Shown in pieces: positions 23,001-34,088 of a stretch of 64,000 nt of DNA. The translations under genes were made by a program, and so were the position numbers. The notes below the pieces were generated by a model, which made no database searches, had not been told where the DNA came from, and worked only from the letters and a program-made list of their open reading frames with translations. Origin of the DNA: Takakia lepidozioides (taxonomy: Eukaryota > Plantae > Bryophyta); the NCBI GenBank assembly GCA_030704615.1, contig CM060732.1, positions 56,544,001 to 56,608,000 of the forward strand, given 5' to 3'. Position 1 is the first letter of the stretch. Every line of letters starts with the position of its first letter.

Positions 23001-25219
23001 TCGACAGCCACCGTGTCTGCCATTTCCGATCCAATGTCAGGAGCTGGAAGAGAGTGGCTATTGCTAGGAAGGAACTTCAGTGCATTGAAACCTCACCTTC
23101 TCTTTCGCCTCCACACATGCCGTTGAGAGGTGATGCAGTTTCTCCAATTGCATGGTCGGCTGCATGGCCCGAGAATAGTGTTTTGCAATCTCGGGGATGA
23201 AGTCCTTTCCAAGTGCCGGATCTGCAATTGCCACCAGCTTCACAAGCTTTGACTTGTATTTGGTTCTGGACTTGACACCGGCTTCCTTCAAGTGCTCAGT
23301 CAATGACTGCAACGTTTTGACCTGCCCCTCACTTTCCATGAAGAAGCGTTTGGCATGGGCCAAATCCAGCTTGATGTTTGACTGCCAACAAAAACATGCA
23401 GAAGCGTTACATTCGATTCATGTGGAAAGATTACTGGAAATTGGGGAAGGATGAGCAGAGGGAAATTGGAGGACGACTTACTTCGTATATCACCTCCACC
23501 ATTCCATCCATAGTGAGACGATACCATGTCCGGTCTGTTTTTGCAACGGCTTTCTGAATGAGCTCGGGCTCCAGCATTTCCGCAAACATCTGCGGATCAG
23601 TGAGACCAGTTTTCCTCACCCTGTACAGCATATGTGCCATGTGGGTATGCACGTACGCATTCTCAGTGACCCTGCAAGGCACACTCTCCAGTTCAGTACA
23701 CGGAAGCACGGAAACAAACCAGAATGGAAACCGAAATGCGGCACCGCATTTCGAACGTGCTAGGGAGGGTATGAGTATCTTACGAGTTGAGGTCCGCCAT
23801 GGCATTCTTGAGCAGGGAGGAGTCTGCCGCCTTCACCTTCAGGATGACACACTCCACCATGTAATGCCAGCCAATGTGCTTGGCATGGTTCTGCTTGATG
23901 TACTCCCACCAGGCGAGAAGTCGGTGATTCCCGTCCCACACAAAGAACATTTTACCCGACATATGGCCGAAGTCTGGATCACCCTTCAGCGTCGCCTCGA
24001 ATTCGTCGTTGCGAGTGTGCCAGTGGGTATCCCACGTTGACAATTCATCGGCAGTGGGTCCACGAGTTTCGCCGTCCTCATTCTCAATGGAAACGTAAAA
24101 CGCTGCCGATCCCAGACGGTACCCTTCTCGAAATGCGAACTTGAGCTTATCCACATCTCCGGGAAGGGCCTGCCTGACGATGGGAAGGGAGACCATGCGA
24201 CAGAGTGGGATTCGAAGAGTCCGCTGGAATACCCTGCTGCCCAGAACTCTGCCAATGCTACTGTGTGTCTCCTCCAACATTTTATCCGCTGCACTTTTGA
24301 AATCCTCCGGAGACATGTCTGTAGGTGCCGGTAGTGGCTGAGCAGCTGGAGCATCCTCAACTGGAGCTGCACTCTGGGGCCTGTCTGCGGGCAATTCTGC
24401 CATTGCAGAGGCCTCCTCCGGGCCTGCTTGCTCATCGGTGGTGAGGTCTTGCTGCGAACGTTGAGCGGCAGCACCCTCCTCCGGTACCAAATCGAGATCA
24501 ACGGTCGATCCCATTGCCTTCGCTGCAGCAGAGTCGGCCCCAACATCTGCAGGCGGGAAATCCTCCAGGAACTGAGCTTCAGCTCGTGGAAGCGGTTTTG
24601 CGGGAGATTGTTCGGCCGTCGCCCTGATTGCCTTCTGCTTCCTCATCCTTGCAGGTGAAGGTGTCTGCTGCAATTGAATCTGTCTTTTACCCTGCTGCTT
24701 CATTCGCGTTGGGGGGGTGAATCGGCCTGAGCCGGTTCAGAAGCCAGTAGAGGGACGGGCTGCTTCTTCTTCGACTTTGCTGGAGAAGGGCCCGACCCCT
24801 GCTGGCGATTCTCCATGACCGAAGAACGCGAGTCGATCTCTGGGGCTTTGAACTTGCCCTTCGAAGCCGCGTCTTTGAATCGCACAGGGCTAGGCCCGGC
24901 AGGAATACCCGCGCTCGGGGATCGGGTGGGTGTACGTGCTGCAGCTAGCTCCTCGGACTCTTCCTGCGGCTCTTCGGATTCCTGCGATCCCTCCAGCACG
25001 TCCACCTTTCCTGTTAGGCATGCAAACATGTTCTGCATTCAAGTCTCCTAGCATTCAGTCTAAGAATTACAGAAGCAAAATGGGGGGTTCGGTGCTCGAT
25101 CAGCTGCGCGCAGCCCGATCGCATGGAGCTCTCACTGGTGGCTGGGTTGCCTGAGTGGCCTGCTGCTCGGAGATGGCAATCTCCTCCTGTAGACGCATCT
25201 GCTTCCTCCCCTTCGGCAT
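20097..25219 (-). CDS. Multi-exon gene: ParB/Srx-like domain fused to a beta-class amino-(N6A/N4C) DNA methyltransferase-like domain
   Basis: GT-AG exons join in phase: ~25005-23784, 23671-23482, 23381-23097, 23043-22897, 22813-22596, 22449-21330, 21233-20969, 20866-20671, 20565-20097. First exon probably 25219-25136; one frameshift in a G7 run near 24715. ParB motif FVWDGNHRLLAW. MTase motif IV DMIILDIPDG, LARMVLDDRGCVVV, and motifs X-I-II RSPAFIQTIMETCTDVEGTVLDLICGTG|ASMWAGRFSDRHLFAYEED. Confidence 0.82.
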
Positions 25220-25614
25220 TGGCCTACGTCCGAAGTATAATTTCCGGAGCTTGCGACGAGGTCTCCTGTCTGGTGCACGAACTCCCCCCCTCTCAGGTTC
25301 GAGCATAAGAAGAACAGAGAGAGGGAAAAGGGGCAAAGAGTGCAGATGGAAAGGGCGCGAGAGGGGTGACTGAGGAGACACGACAAAAGTAGATGAAACG
25401 GCGGTGATGCACCACTTGGGTTCGAAAGGGTTGGACGAAAGTGTCTCCTCGTGGAGTTTGCGTCATTACGAAATTCGAATCGTTCAGGGTACGCCTGCCG
25501 TCCGAAAAACAAACATCATTATCCAACGGTCAGGCCGCGCCGCCTCATGCCCCTTCAGTCAGATAGAGTGCCGACATGTGCAGCAATTCCGTTGCTCCAC
25601 GTGTTCACATTTCA

Positions 25615-26977
25615 AGGCATTTCCGTCCCAGCGTCTGATGAGTTGGAGCGAAAATGCGAATGCGGCGCCGCATTTCCGTTAAGTACCATCACGAAGCTAC
25701 ACATCCGTACTTGTTGGAAGAAAATGCGGCACCGCATTTCCGTTCCACCTTCACATACCTTAGTTGTTGAACGGAAATACGGTGCCGCATTTCCGTCCCA
25801 CAGCTCCATGTATGAGATACAAAAGGGAAATGCGGCGCCGCATTTCCGTTCTGGAATGTCGAAAGGTGCGATTCGGACGGAAATGAGGCACAACATTTCA
25901 GTTCCCGTGGTTCATGATTTTCAATGTGAACGGAAATGCGGTACCGCATTTCCGTTCCCCTTCACATACGTTAGTTGATGAATGGAAATGCCGTGCCACA
26001 TTTCCGTTCGGGAAAGTATAGAGGTCTCACCTGGACAGAAATGCGGTGCCGCATTTCCGGTCTGGAAAGTTTGAAGGTCTCACATGGATGGAAATGCGGC
26101 ACCACATTTCCGTAGCACAGCTCCAGGCCCCATATACAAAACGGAAATGCGGCGCCGCATTTCCGTTCTAGAATGTCGGAAGGTGCGACTCGGACGGAAA
26201 TGCGGTGCCGCATTTCTGTTCCCGTTGCGCACGATTTTCAGTCAGAACGGAAATGCGGTACCGCATTTCCGTTCTGTAGAGTATTAACGTCTGACGCTGG
26301 CGGAAATGCTGTGCCGCATTTTCGTTCCACAGCTCCATGCCTCACATACAAAACGGAAATGCGGCGCCGCATTTCCGTTTTGGAATGTCGGAAAACGGTG
26401 CGGAGCCAACCGACGGAAATGCGGTGCCGCATTTCCGTTCTGGAATGTTGGGAGGTGCGACTCGGATGGAAATGCGCTGCCGCATTTCAGTTCCGATGGT
26501 TCACGATTTTCAGTCAGAACGGAAATGCGGTACCGCATTTCCGTTCTGGATAGTATGAATGTCTCAAGCGGTCGGAATCGCACTCGGCTCCATGCATCAG
26601 ATACAAAATGGAAATGCGGCGCCGCATTTCCGTTCTGGAATGTCGGAAAGTGCGACTCCGGATGTGCCGCATTTCTGTTCCCGTTGTTCATAATTCTCAA
26701 TCAGAACGGAAATGCGGTACCGCATTTCCGTTCCACCTTCACATACCGTGCTTGTGGATGGAAATGCGGTACCGCATTTCCGTTCTGGAGAGTATGAATG
26801 TCTTTTAAGGACGGAAATGTGCTGCAGCATTTCTATCCCTCAGCTCCATGCATCAGATACAAAATGGAAATGCGGCGCCGCATTTCCGTTCTGGAATGTC
26901 GGAAAAGTGCGACTCGGACGGAAATGCGGTGCCGCATTTCTGTTCCCGTTGTTCATAATTCTCAATCAGAACGGAAA
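25615..26977. repeat. Palindrome array B: GGAAATGCGGYRCCGCATTTCC at ~50-nt period with higher-order spacer repeats
   Basis: More than 20 copies running into the gap, upstream of the ParB-MTase gene. Confidence 0.93.
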
Positions 26978-27477
26978 NNNNNNNNNNNNNNNNNNNNNNN
27001 NNNNNNNNNNNNNNNNNNNNNNNNNNNNNNNNNNNNNNNNNNNNNNNNNNNNNNNNNNNNNNNNNNNNNNNNNNNNNNNNNNNNNNNNNNNNNNNNNNNN
27101 NNNNNNNNNNNNNNNNNNNNNNNNNNNNNNNNNNNNNNNNNNNNNNNNNNNNNNNNNNNNNNNNNNNNNNNNNNNNNNNNNNNNNNNNNNNNNNNNNNNN
27201 NNNNNNNNNNNNNNNNNNNNNNNNNNNNNNNNNNNNNNNNNNNNNNNNNNNNNNNNNNNNNNNNNNNNNNNNNNNNNNNNNNNNNNNNNNNNNNNNNNNN
27301 NNNNNNNNNNNNNNNNNNNNNNNNNNNNNNNNNNNNNNNNNNNNNNNNNNNNNNNNNNNNNNNNNNNNNNNNNNNNNNNNNNNNNNNNNNNNNNNNNNNN
27401 NNNNNNNNNNNNNNNNNNNNNNNNNNNNNNNNNNNNNNNNNNNNNNNNNNNNNNNNNNNNNNNNNNNNNNNNNNNNN
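26978..27477. other. Assembly gap (500 N)
   Basis: Run of n. Confidence 1.
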
Positions 27478-30400
27478 CTCCGGGCCGGATTTCCAATCCA
27501 TCGCTCTTCGAAGAACATGCATGCCCTGGAAAAAATGGCCGCCGAATTTCGATTTGGTGAAATGTTGATTGGGCTAGCCGTTTTCGGCCCCAAACAGAAA
27601 ATCGGCGTTTTTTTTTTTTTTTTTGCTTCGCGCCATTTTATTGGCCTTCCCCCCGACAAATTTCTAATCCCAGAATCTGACTGGCAACCCGGATCGGAAA
27701 TCCGGCGCCGGATTTCCAAGTCCTGACAGGTTAATTCGAATCCCGGACGGATGGAAATCCGGCGCAGGGATTTCCATCCGCCAGGAGGTCGGCGCCCAAA
27801 ATTTCCATCATGCAGGTAATTCGGATCGCTGGCGTATGGAAATCGGCGCCGAATTTCCATCCATCCGTTATTCGATTCCTCAATGACTGGAAAAATGGGC
27901 GCCGAATTACGATTTTGGTTTGCCAGTCAGATCTAGGCCTTAGCCGTTTTCGGCCCCGAATAAAAAAATGGGAGTTTTTTTATTTTTCGTTTTTTACCTT
28001 CGGGCCATTTTTTTGTTCTGGGGGCCGCCGAAAATGGATAAGTCCAGATCTGAATAGGCACAAAATCGGAAATTCGGCGCCGAATTTCCATCCATCCGGT
28101 ATTCAATACCTGGAGGATGGAAATACGGGCGCCGGAATTTCCATCCGCCAGGTAGGCGGCGGCGCCAAAATTTCCCATCCATCAGGGATTCGAAGACGGA
28201 TGGATGGAAATTCGGCGCCGAATTTCCATCCATCCGCGACCGTCACTTACCTGCATGATGGAAAATGGCGGCCGAATCATTTTGGTGCCAGGCAAATATG
28301 GGACTAGCGTTTCGGCCCCGAAAAAGAAAAAATGGCCGTTTTTTGTTTTTTCGGCGCATTTTTAAGTTCGGGGCCGAAAAATGGCTAAGTTCCCGATACT
28401 GATTTGGCGCCGACTAACCTCGGGGAAATTCGGCGCCATTTCCATTCCAGTACCTGCGGTTAAAGTGCGAAGAGCGGATGGGGGGAAATCCGGCGCCGAT
28501 TTCCATCCATCCGCTCTTCGAATTACCTGATGATGAAAATTTTGCGCGCCGACTTACCTGCGATGGAAATCCGGCGCCGGATTTCCATCCATCCGCTCTT
28601 CGAATTACCTGCATGACTGGAAAAATGGCGCCGAATTTCCGATTTGGTGCCAATCAGATCTGGAATTAGCCATTTTCGGCCCCGAACTGGAAAATGGCGC
28701 CGAAAAAAACAAAACAAAACGCCATTTTTTCTGTTCGGGGCCGAAAACGGCTAAGTCCCAGATTTGACTGGCACCAAAATCGGAAATTCGGCGCCATTTC
28801 CCAGTCATGCAGGTAATTCGAAGGGCGGATGGATGGAAATCCGGCGCCGGATTTCCATCCATCCGCTCTTCGAATTACCTGCTGATGGAAATTTTGCGCG
28901 CCGACCTCCTACCTGGCGGATGGAAATACCGGCGCCGGATTTCCATCATCCGCTCTTTGAATTACCTGCATGACTGGAAAAATGGCGCTCCGAATTCCGA
29001 TTTTGGTGCCATTCAGATCTGGGACTTAGCCATTTTCGGCCGAACAAGAAAATGGCGCCGAAGAGAAAAAAAAAAAAAAAAAAAAAAAACCCCTTTTTAG
29101 TTCGGGGCCGAAAACGGCTAAGTCCTAGATCTGACTGGCACCAAAATCGGAAACGGCGCATTTTTCCAGTCATGGAGGTAATTCGAAGAGCGGATGGATG
29201 GAAATCCGGCGCCGGATTTCCATCCATCCGCGCTCCGAATTACCTGCATGATGGAAATTTTGGGCGCCGACCTCCTACTGGCGGATGGAAATCCGGCGCC
29301 GGATTTCCATCCATCCGCTCTTCGAATTACCTGCATGACTGGAAAAATGGCGCCGAATTTCCGATTTTGGTGCCAGTCAGATCTGGGACTTAGCCATTTT
29401 CGCGCCCTGAACAAGAAAAATGGCGCGCCGAAGAAAAAAAAAAAAAAAAAAAACGCCATTTTTCCTGTTTGGGGCCGAAAACGGCTAAGCCCCAGATCAA
29501 CTGGCACCAAATCGGAAATTCGGCGCCATTTTTCCAGTCATGCAGGTAATTCGAAAGAGCGGATGGATGGAAATCGGCGCCGGATTTTCTATCGCGCTAC
29601 CCGCGTTCCGAATTACCTGCATGATGGAAATTTTGCGCGCCGACCTACCTGGCGGATGGAAATCCAGCGCCGGATTTCCATCCATCCGCTCTTCTTTTAC
29701 TACCTGCATGACTGGAAAAATGGCGCCGAATTTCCGATTTTGGTGCCAGTCAGATCTGGGACTTAGCCATTTTCGGGCCCCGAACAGAAAAATGGCGCCG
29801 CGGAAAAAAAAAAAAAAAAAAAAAACTCATTTTTTTAGTTCGGGGCCGAAATCGGCTAAGTCCCAGATCTGAACTGGCACCAAAATCGGAAATTCGGCGC
29901 CATTTTTCCAGTCATGGAGGTAATTCGAATAGCGGATGGGGAAATCCGCCGCCGAATTTCCATCCATCCGCGCTCCGAATTACCTGCATGATGGAAATTT
30001 TGCGCGCCGACGTACTCCGGTGCCGGATTTCCATCCATTCGCTCTTCGAATTACCTGCATGACTGGAAAATGGCGCCGAATTTCCGATGTTGGTGCCAGT
30101 TCAGATCTGGGACAGCCATTTTTCGGCCCCGAACTGGAAAAATGGCGCCGAAAAAAAAAAAAAAAAAACAAAAAACCAAAAAATCGCCATTTTCCAGTTC
30201 GGGGCCGAAAACGGCTAAGTCCCCATATCTGACTGGCACCAAAATCGGAAATTCGGCGCCATTTTCCAGTCATGGAGGTATTCGAAGAGTGGATGGATGG
30301 AAATCCGGCCGGATTCCATCCATCCGCGCTCCGAATTACCTGCATGATGGAAATTTTGCGCGCCGACGTACTGCGTTGCCGGATTTCCATCCATCCGCTC

Positions 30401-30509
30401 TTCAAATTACCTGCATGACTGGAAAAATGGCGCTGAATTTCCGATTTTGGTGCCAGTCAGATCTGGGACTTGGCCATTTTTCGGCCCCGAACTGGGAAAA
30501 ATGGCGCCG

Positions 30510-30566
<57 letters not shown>

Positions 30567-30905
30567 ATTTTTCAGTTTGAGGCCGAAAACGGCTAAGTCA
30601 CAGATCTGACTAGCACCCAAAATCGGAAATTCGGGCGCCATTTTTCGAGTTCTGGGCCCAGTCAGATCTGGGACTTAGCCATTTTCGGCCCCGAAACTAG
30701 AAAAATGGGCCGAAAAAAAAAAAAAAAAAAAATTAGTTTGGGGCTCAGTCAGATCTGGGACTTAGCCATTTTCGGCCCCGAAAATGGCTAAGTCCCTAGG
30801 GTGGCTGGCACCAAAATCGGAAATTCGGCGCGCATTTTTCCAGTCATGCAGGTTAATTCGAAGAGCGGATGGATGGAAATCCGACGCCGGATTTCCATCC
30901 GCCAG
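27478..30905. repeat. Fold-back satellite C: ~360-bp units built from GGAAATCCGGCGCCGGATTTCC / GGAAATTCGGCGCCGAATTTCC palindromes nested in long inverted arms, separated by poly(A)
   Basis: Unit start GGGGCCGAAAACGGCTAAG recurs near 28737, 29104, 29471, 29842 and 30201. Arms such as CAGATCTGACTGGCACCAAAATCGGAAA / TTTCCGATTTTGGTGCCAGTCAGATCTG. Confidence 0.93.
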
Positions 30906-31325
30906 GTTAGGTGCGTGCGCGCAAAATTGGGGAGAAGATGGGGGAGAAGATGCAGAAGATTCCCAGGAGGTGAGGTGGACAGTCCCCCAAGAGGACGGGG
31001 ATTTTTGAGAGGCATAGTGGAACTGATGATCACAAAGCTCGGATGATGAGGGGGATGAGGGGTGAGGAAGAAGGTGGGGCAGTTCCTCGGAGGGTGTAGG
31101 AGAGTAGTGCCCATTCCGGCTATGACAGTTAGAACACACTTGTATAGACGTGGCTTGCCACAAAATTTGCAATAAAATGTTGCATTTCAAGTCCACTGGT
31201 GCCACATTCCAACTTCACATGACCCTATTTCCGTGCCTCCTAACCCTATTTCCATGGACTCACAATGGTCTGCTCATGCTTTTTTTTTTCCCGCTCATGC
31301 TCATGCCTCAGAAATAGCAGCCCCC
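27478..31325. mobile_element. Related TIR-type element (right copy, internally deleted, opposite orientation)
   Basis: Ends GAAATAGCAGCCCCC at 31325. Retains a plus-strand remnant EDSQEVRWTVPQEDG (30955-31000) homologous to the last exon of the ParB-MTase gene (EDDPTEVRWTVPQGEDG). Confidence 0.72.
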
Positions 31326-31900
31326 ACATTGACCTCATGACTAAAGAGTTCATGATTGTGCCCCCCAGAGAAGAGTTACAAAAATATTACCCACAGGGTT
31401 AATGGGCAGGGCAGAGGCTACCAACAAATATTATGTACATCTGGCTAAGATAGTCAATGCAAACAGAACGGATTGGGCTGGTATAAAAGCTGCTGACAGC
31501 TTTGTGGTCATACAGGACTTCATATAAGTCCCACTAAGTATACACCATCCAATTAGTTTATGGTATGGGAAGATTTACTTCCAGTGGAATTCTTGTTACC
31601 TACCATGAGGACGGAATGGGGAAAGAGAATGGAATTGCAAGATTCACTTAAGGTCAGGAAACATGAATTATACCATGTGGAAAGAAGTACGTGCTGATGC
31701 AGCTGATAACATGACATATTCAGAGAAGAGAAAGGAACAGTTGATGAAGGCAAGTTAAAGACTTTAAGACGGGAGATTTGGTTCTCTGGTGCAGAAGAAG
31801 GGAAAGATTAAAGCTTGCTAAGCTTAAATCACCCAGAAGGACATTATGTCATACAGAAGATATATGATAACAACACCACCATGTTACCAAACCAGTAACA
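31326..31900 (+). pseudogene. pol: Degenerate Gypsy integrase of copy A
   Basis: Frameshifted YPQ.NG.AEATNK, IVNANRTDW, LWSYRTSYK, YTP.QLVYG..LLPVEFLLPT and GDLVL motifs. Confidence 0.8.
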
Positions 31901-32091
31901 AAGGAGATGTTGGGAAGAGTCATGCCAATAATGAAAGTGGTACAGTGGTTATCCATGACAAATCATTTGCAGCATGATTTGCATGTTGAAACGCAGAAGC
32001 AGTCACGGGCTGCGCCAGTGATACCAACGGAGTATGGAGCACTTGGCGCTAGGCCGTGTGTATATGACCAGGGCGGGCAGTATAAGAGTGA

Positions 32092-32340
32092 TACAGCCTA
32101 TCACAGCCCATCAAGGCGCGACACAGCCATCACAGCCTATCACAGCCAAGCACAGCGTGACACAGCCTATCACAGCCCATCAAGGCGCGACACAGCCTAT
32201 CACAGCCCAACACGGCGCAACACAGCCTATCACAGGCCCATCACGGCGCGACAAGCCTATCCACAACCTACCACAGTGGGTCACAGCCTATCACAGCTTA
32301 CCACAGTGCGACACAGCCTGTCACAGCTCAACACAGCCTA
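32092..32340 (+). repeat. Tandem repeats (CACAGCCTATCACAGCCCATCA..GCG) between pol and the 3' ORF
   Basis: Repeated ~30-bp units related to the LTR minisatellite. Confidence 0.85.
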
Positions 32341-32774
32341 CTGGGGTTACACAATCCAAAGGATCAGTGACAAAAGGACGTGGGTTAACATCCGGAGAGT
32401 GGCCGGAGGAAAAAGGGACGGAGCACTTGTGAAATGGACACGTGGACGCCAGGGCGAGACCCACAGCCGGACAAGATTGCAAGAGCGAGTTGTCATCAAG
32501 GAAAAGAGAAAAAACTGGCCGTTCAAAGTATCTACCCGGCACATTAATTATAGGGCCCATTAATGCATACAGGGAAAGGGTAACGGAACCCTTTAAAAGT
32601 ACCAAAAAGCGAAATCCATGTCACATGTGCTATCGTAGTGGACAGTCCGGAGTGGAAAATCCATGGGAGGGAATTAAATTACAAAACCAATCACACAACC
32701 AACAGCCAATCATAAGCCAAAATTACCTGCAGAGGATAATTTCCAAGAAGCGAAATCAAAAAATTGGCGGGATT

Positions 32775-34085
32775 ATGAGTGCAAGAGTCGGCGTCGTTCC
32801 AAGTAACGGGCGTTCTCGTCAGAGAAGAAGAAACAATCAGAGCTATAGCTTTGAAGCTATTGCAGAAATAACAGACTACACGCTCGCCGTACTACTTACG
32901 CAGTGGCACAAGGACAGACGAACGGAAAGTACATTTTCTCTAAATCGCTGCTTGCAAACCCCACAGGCTTACAAGCACTTACCCATTTCATTCTGCGCCA
33001 ACCATACTTTTATGCTTTGTGCCCTGCAGGGTTGGTCTTCAGTTGTTGCAACCAAAACCTGTCTGTTTGTCCAGAATGAAGAGAGTGAGAGGAATGGAAG
33101 ACATCAGGGTAAAAAGCACCACAATCTTACAAAAGCAAACGTTCGCTGCACCAAAGGCGGTGCAGCTACTAAAGGAGCTGCGATTGGAGGGATTGCTACG
33201 CAAGGACTGGTCCTTGCATCATCGGCAGTTCATGATACAATTTCTTCAAAACTTTGAGCCTCGGACAAGAGTTACTTAGGTGAGGGGAGTAGATATAGAA
33301 ATTACTCCCCAGTACCTGGACTGTTTGATTTGCCATCAGGACATGTGGAGGTGGATGAGCACAGGGCAAGATTGCAGATAGGGAATTTGTTCCAAGAAGG
33401 GAGTTTCTTTAAAACTCAAGGTTTTGCTTGTACCAAAGCCGAGTACCCAGGGCTTAGGGAGGTTGGCCAAATTTTGAACGTTCTGTTTGCCATGAAACAA
33501 AACCAACAGTATTTGAGCAGGTCCTTCACAGAGGAGATCCTGAAAGCTTTGAGGGGAGAGGATGTCGCTTGGGAGGAGTTAATGTACAATGGATTGGTGG
33601 ACGAGATGAAGAGGTTACAGGGCACTACTGCAAAGTCTCCGATCATTGTGTCTGGTCCAATCATTGTTCAAATAATTCTTGATTCTTGCATACTTGATAC
33701 TTGGGAGAGAAAGGAGATGTGAGTGTTTGAAACAGAAACCACTGCAATTGAAGAGCAAGGCTCTTCACACAGTGAGGGTGGACTGGCAATGCAACCCCAG
33801 TCTAAGAGGCAGAGGCGGGGAAAGAGTGTAGTGGCGGATCCACTGGCTTCACGGAAACCGCATGATAATGTTTCCCAAGCTCTTGTGCAGGAAGGGGCAC
33901 AGCAACACAGAGAGCTGCTACTATTGAAAGCAGGGCCTTCAGAAAGGGAAGAGGAAGTCACTTTGATACCACAGCTACCACAACCAATTGACTCTGTTGT
34001 TTTGGAGGCTCCACCAATATATGTTGTGGCATCACCACCAATTGCTCAGGAAGAAGAAAGATTAGACATTCCTACTACAGAGTAG
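32775..34085 (+). pseudogene. N-terminal part of the 3' accessory ORF of copy A (plant-transposon/Athila ORF-like domain), with a frameshift and stops
   Basis: FMIQFLQNFEPRTRVT*VRGVDIEITPQYLDCLFDLP resembles the 'EFY.N...VRG..I.......L.LP' signature of plant retrotransposon accessory proteins. In frame with 34089-36623. Confidence 0.55.
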
Positions 34086-34088
34086 GTC

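Larger units (their letters stand above)
16774..26977. mobile_element. DNA element with a TIR-like terminus (left copy) carrying the ParB-MTase gene, the paralogue pair and palindrome arrays; other end lost in the gap
   Basis: Begins GGGGGCTGCTATTTC followed by CATGAG repeats, exactly where homology to the copy A 3' ORF stops. An inverted homologous terminus is at 31311-31325. Confidence 0.75.

Noticed and set aside
19191-26977. CRISPR array (palindromic repeats with spacers)
   Set aside because: Eukaryotic TE context, no cas genes, irregular spacer lengths, and spacers in array B are themselves repeated.
25451-30641. Many ORFs with EMRHRIS / KCGAAFP / GNPAPDFHP repeats, including ORFs spanning the N gap
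   Set aside because: Translations of the stop-poor palindromic arrays on both strands; not credible proteins.
16774-31325. One intact TIR transposon spanning the gap
   Set aside because: No TSD, different host sequences on each side, different palindrome variants, and opposite orientation of the gene remnant.
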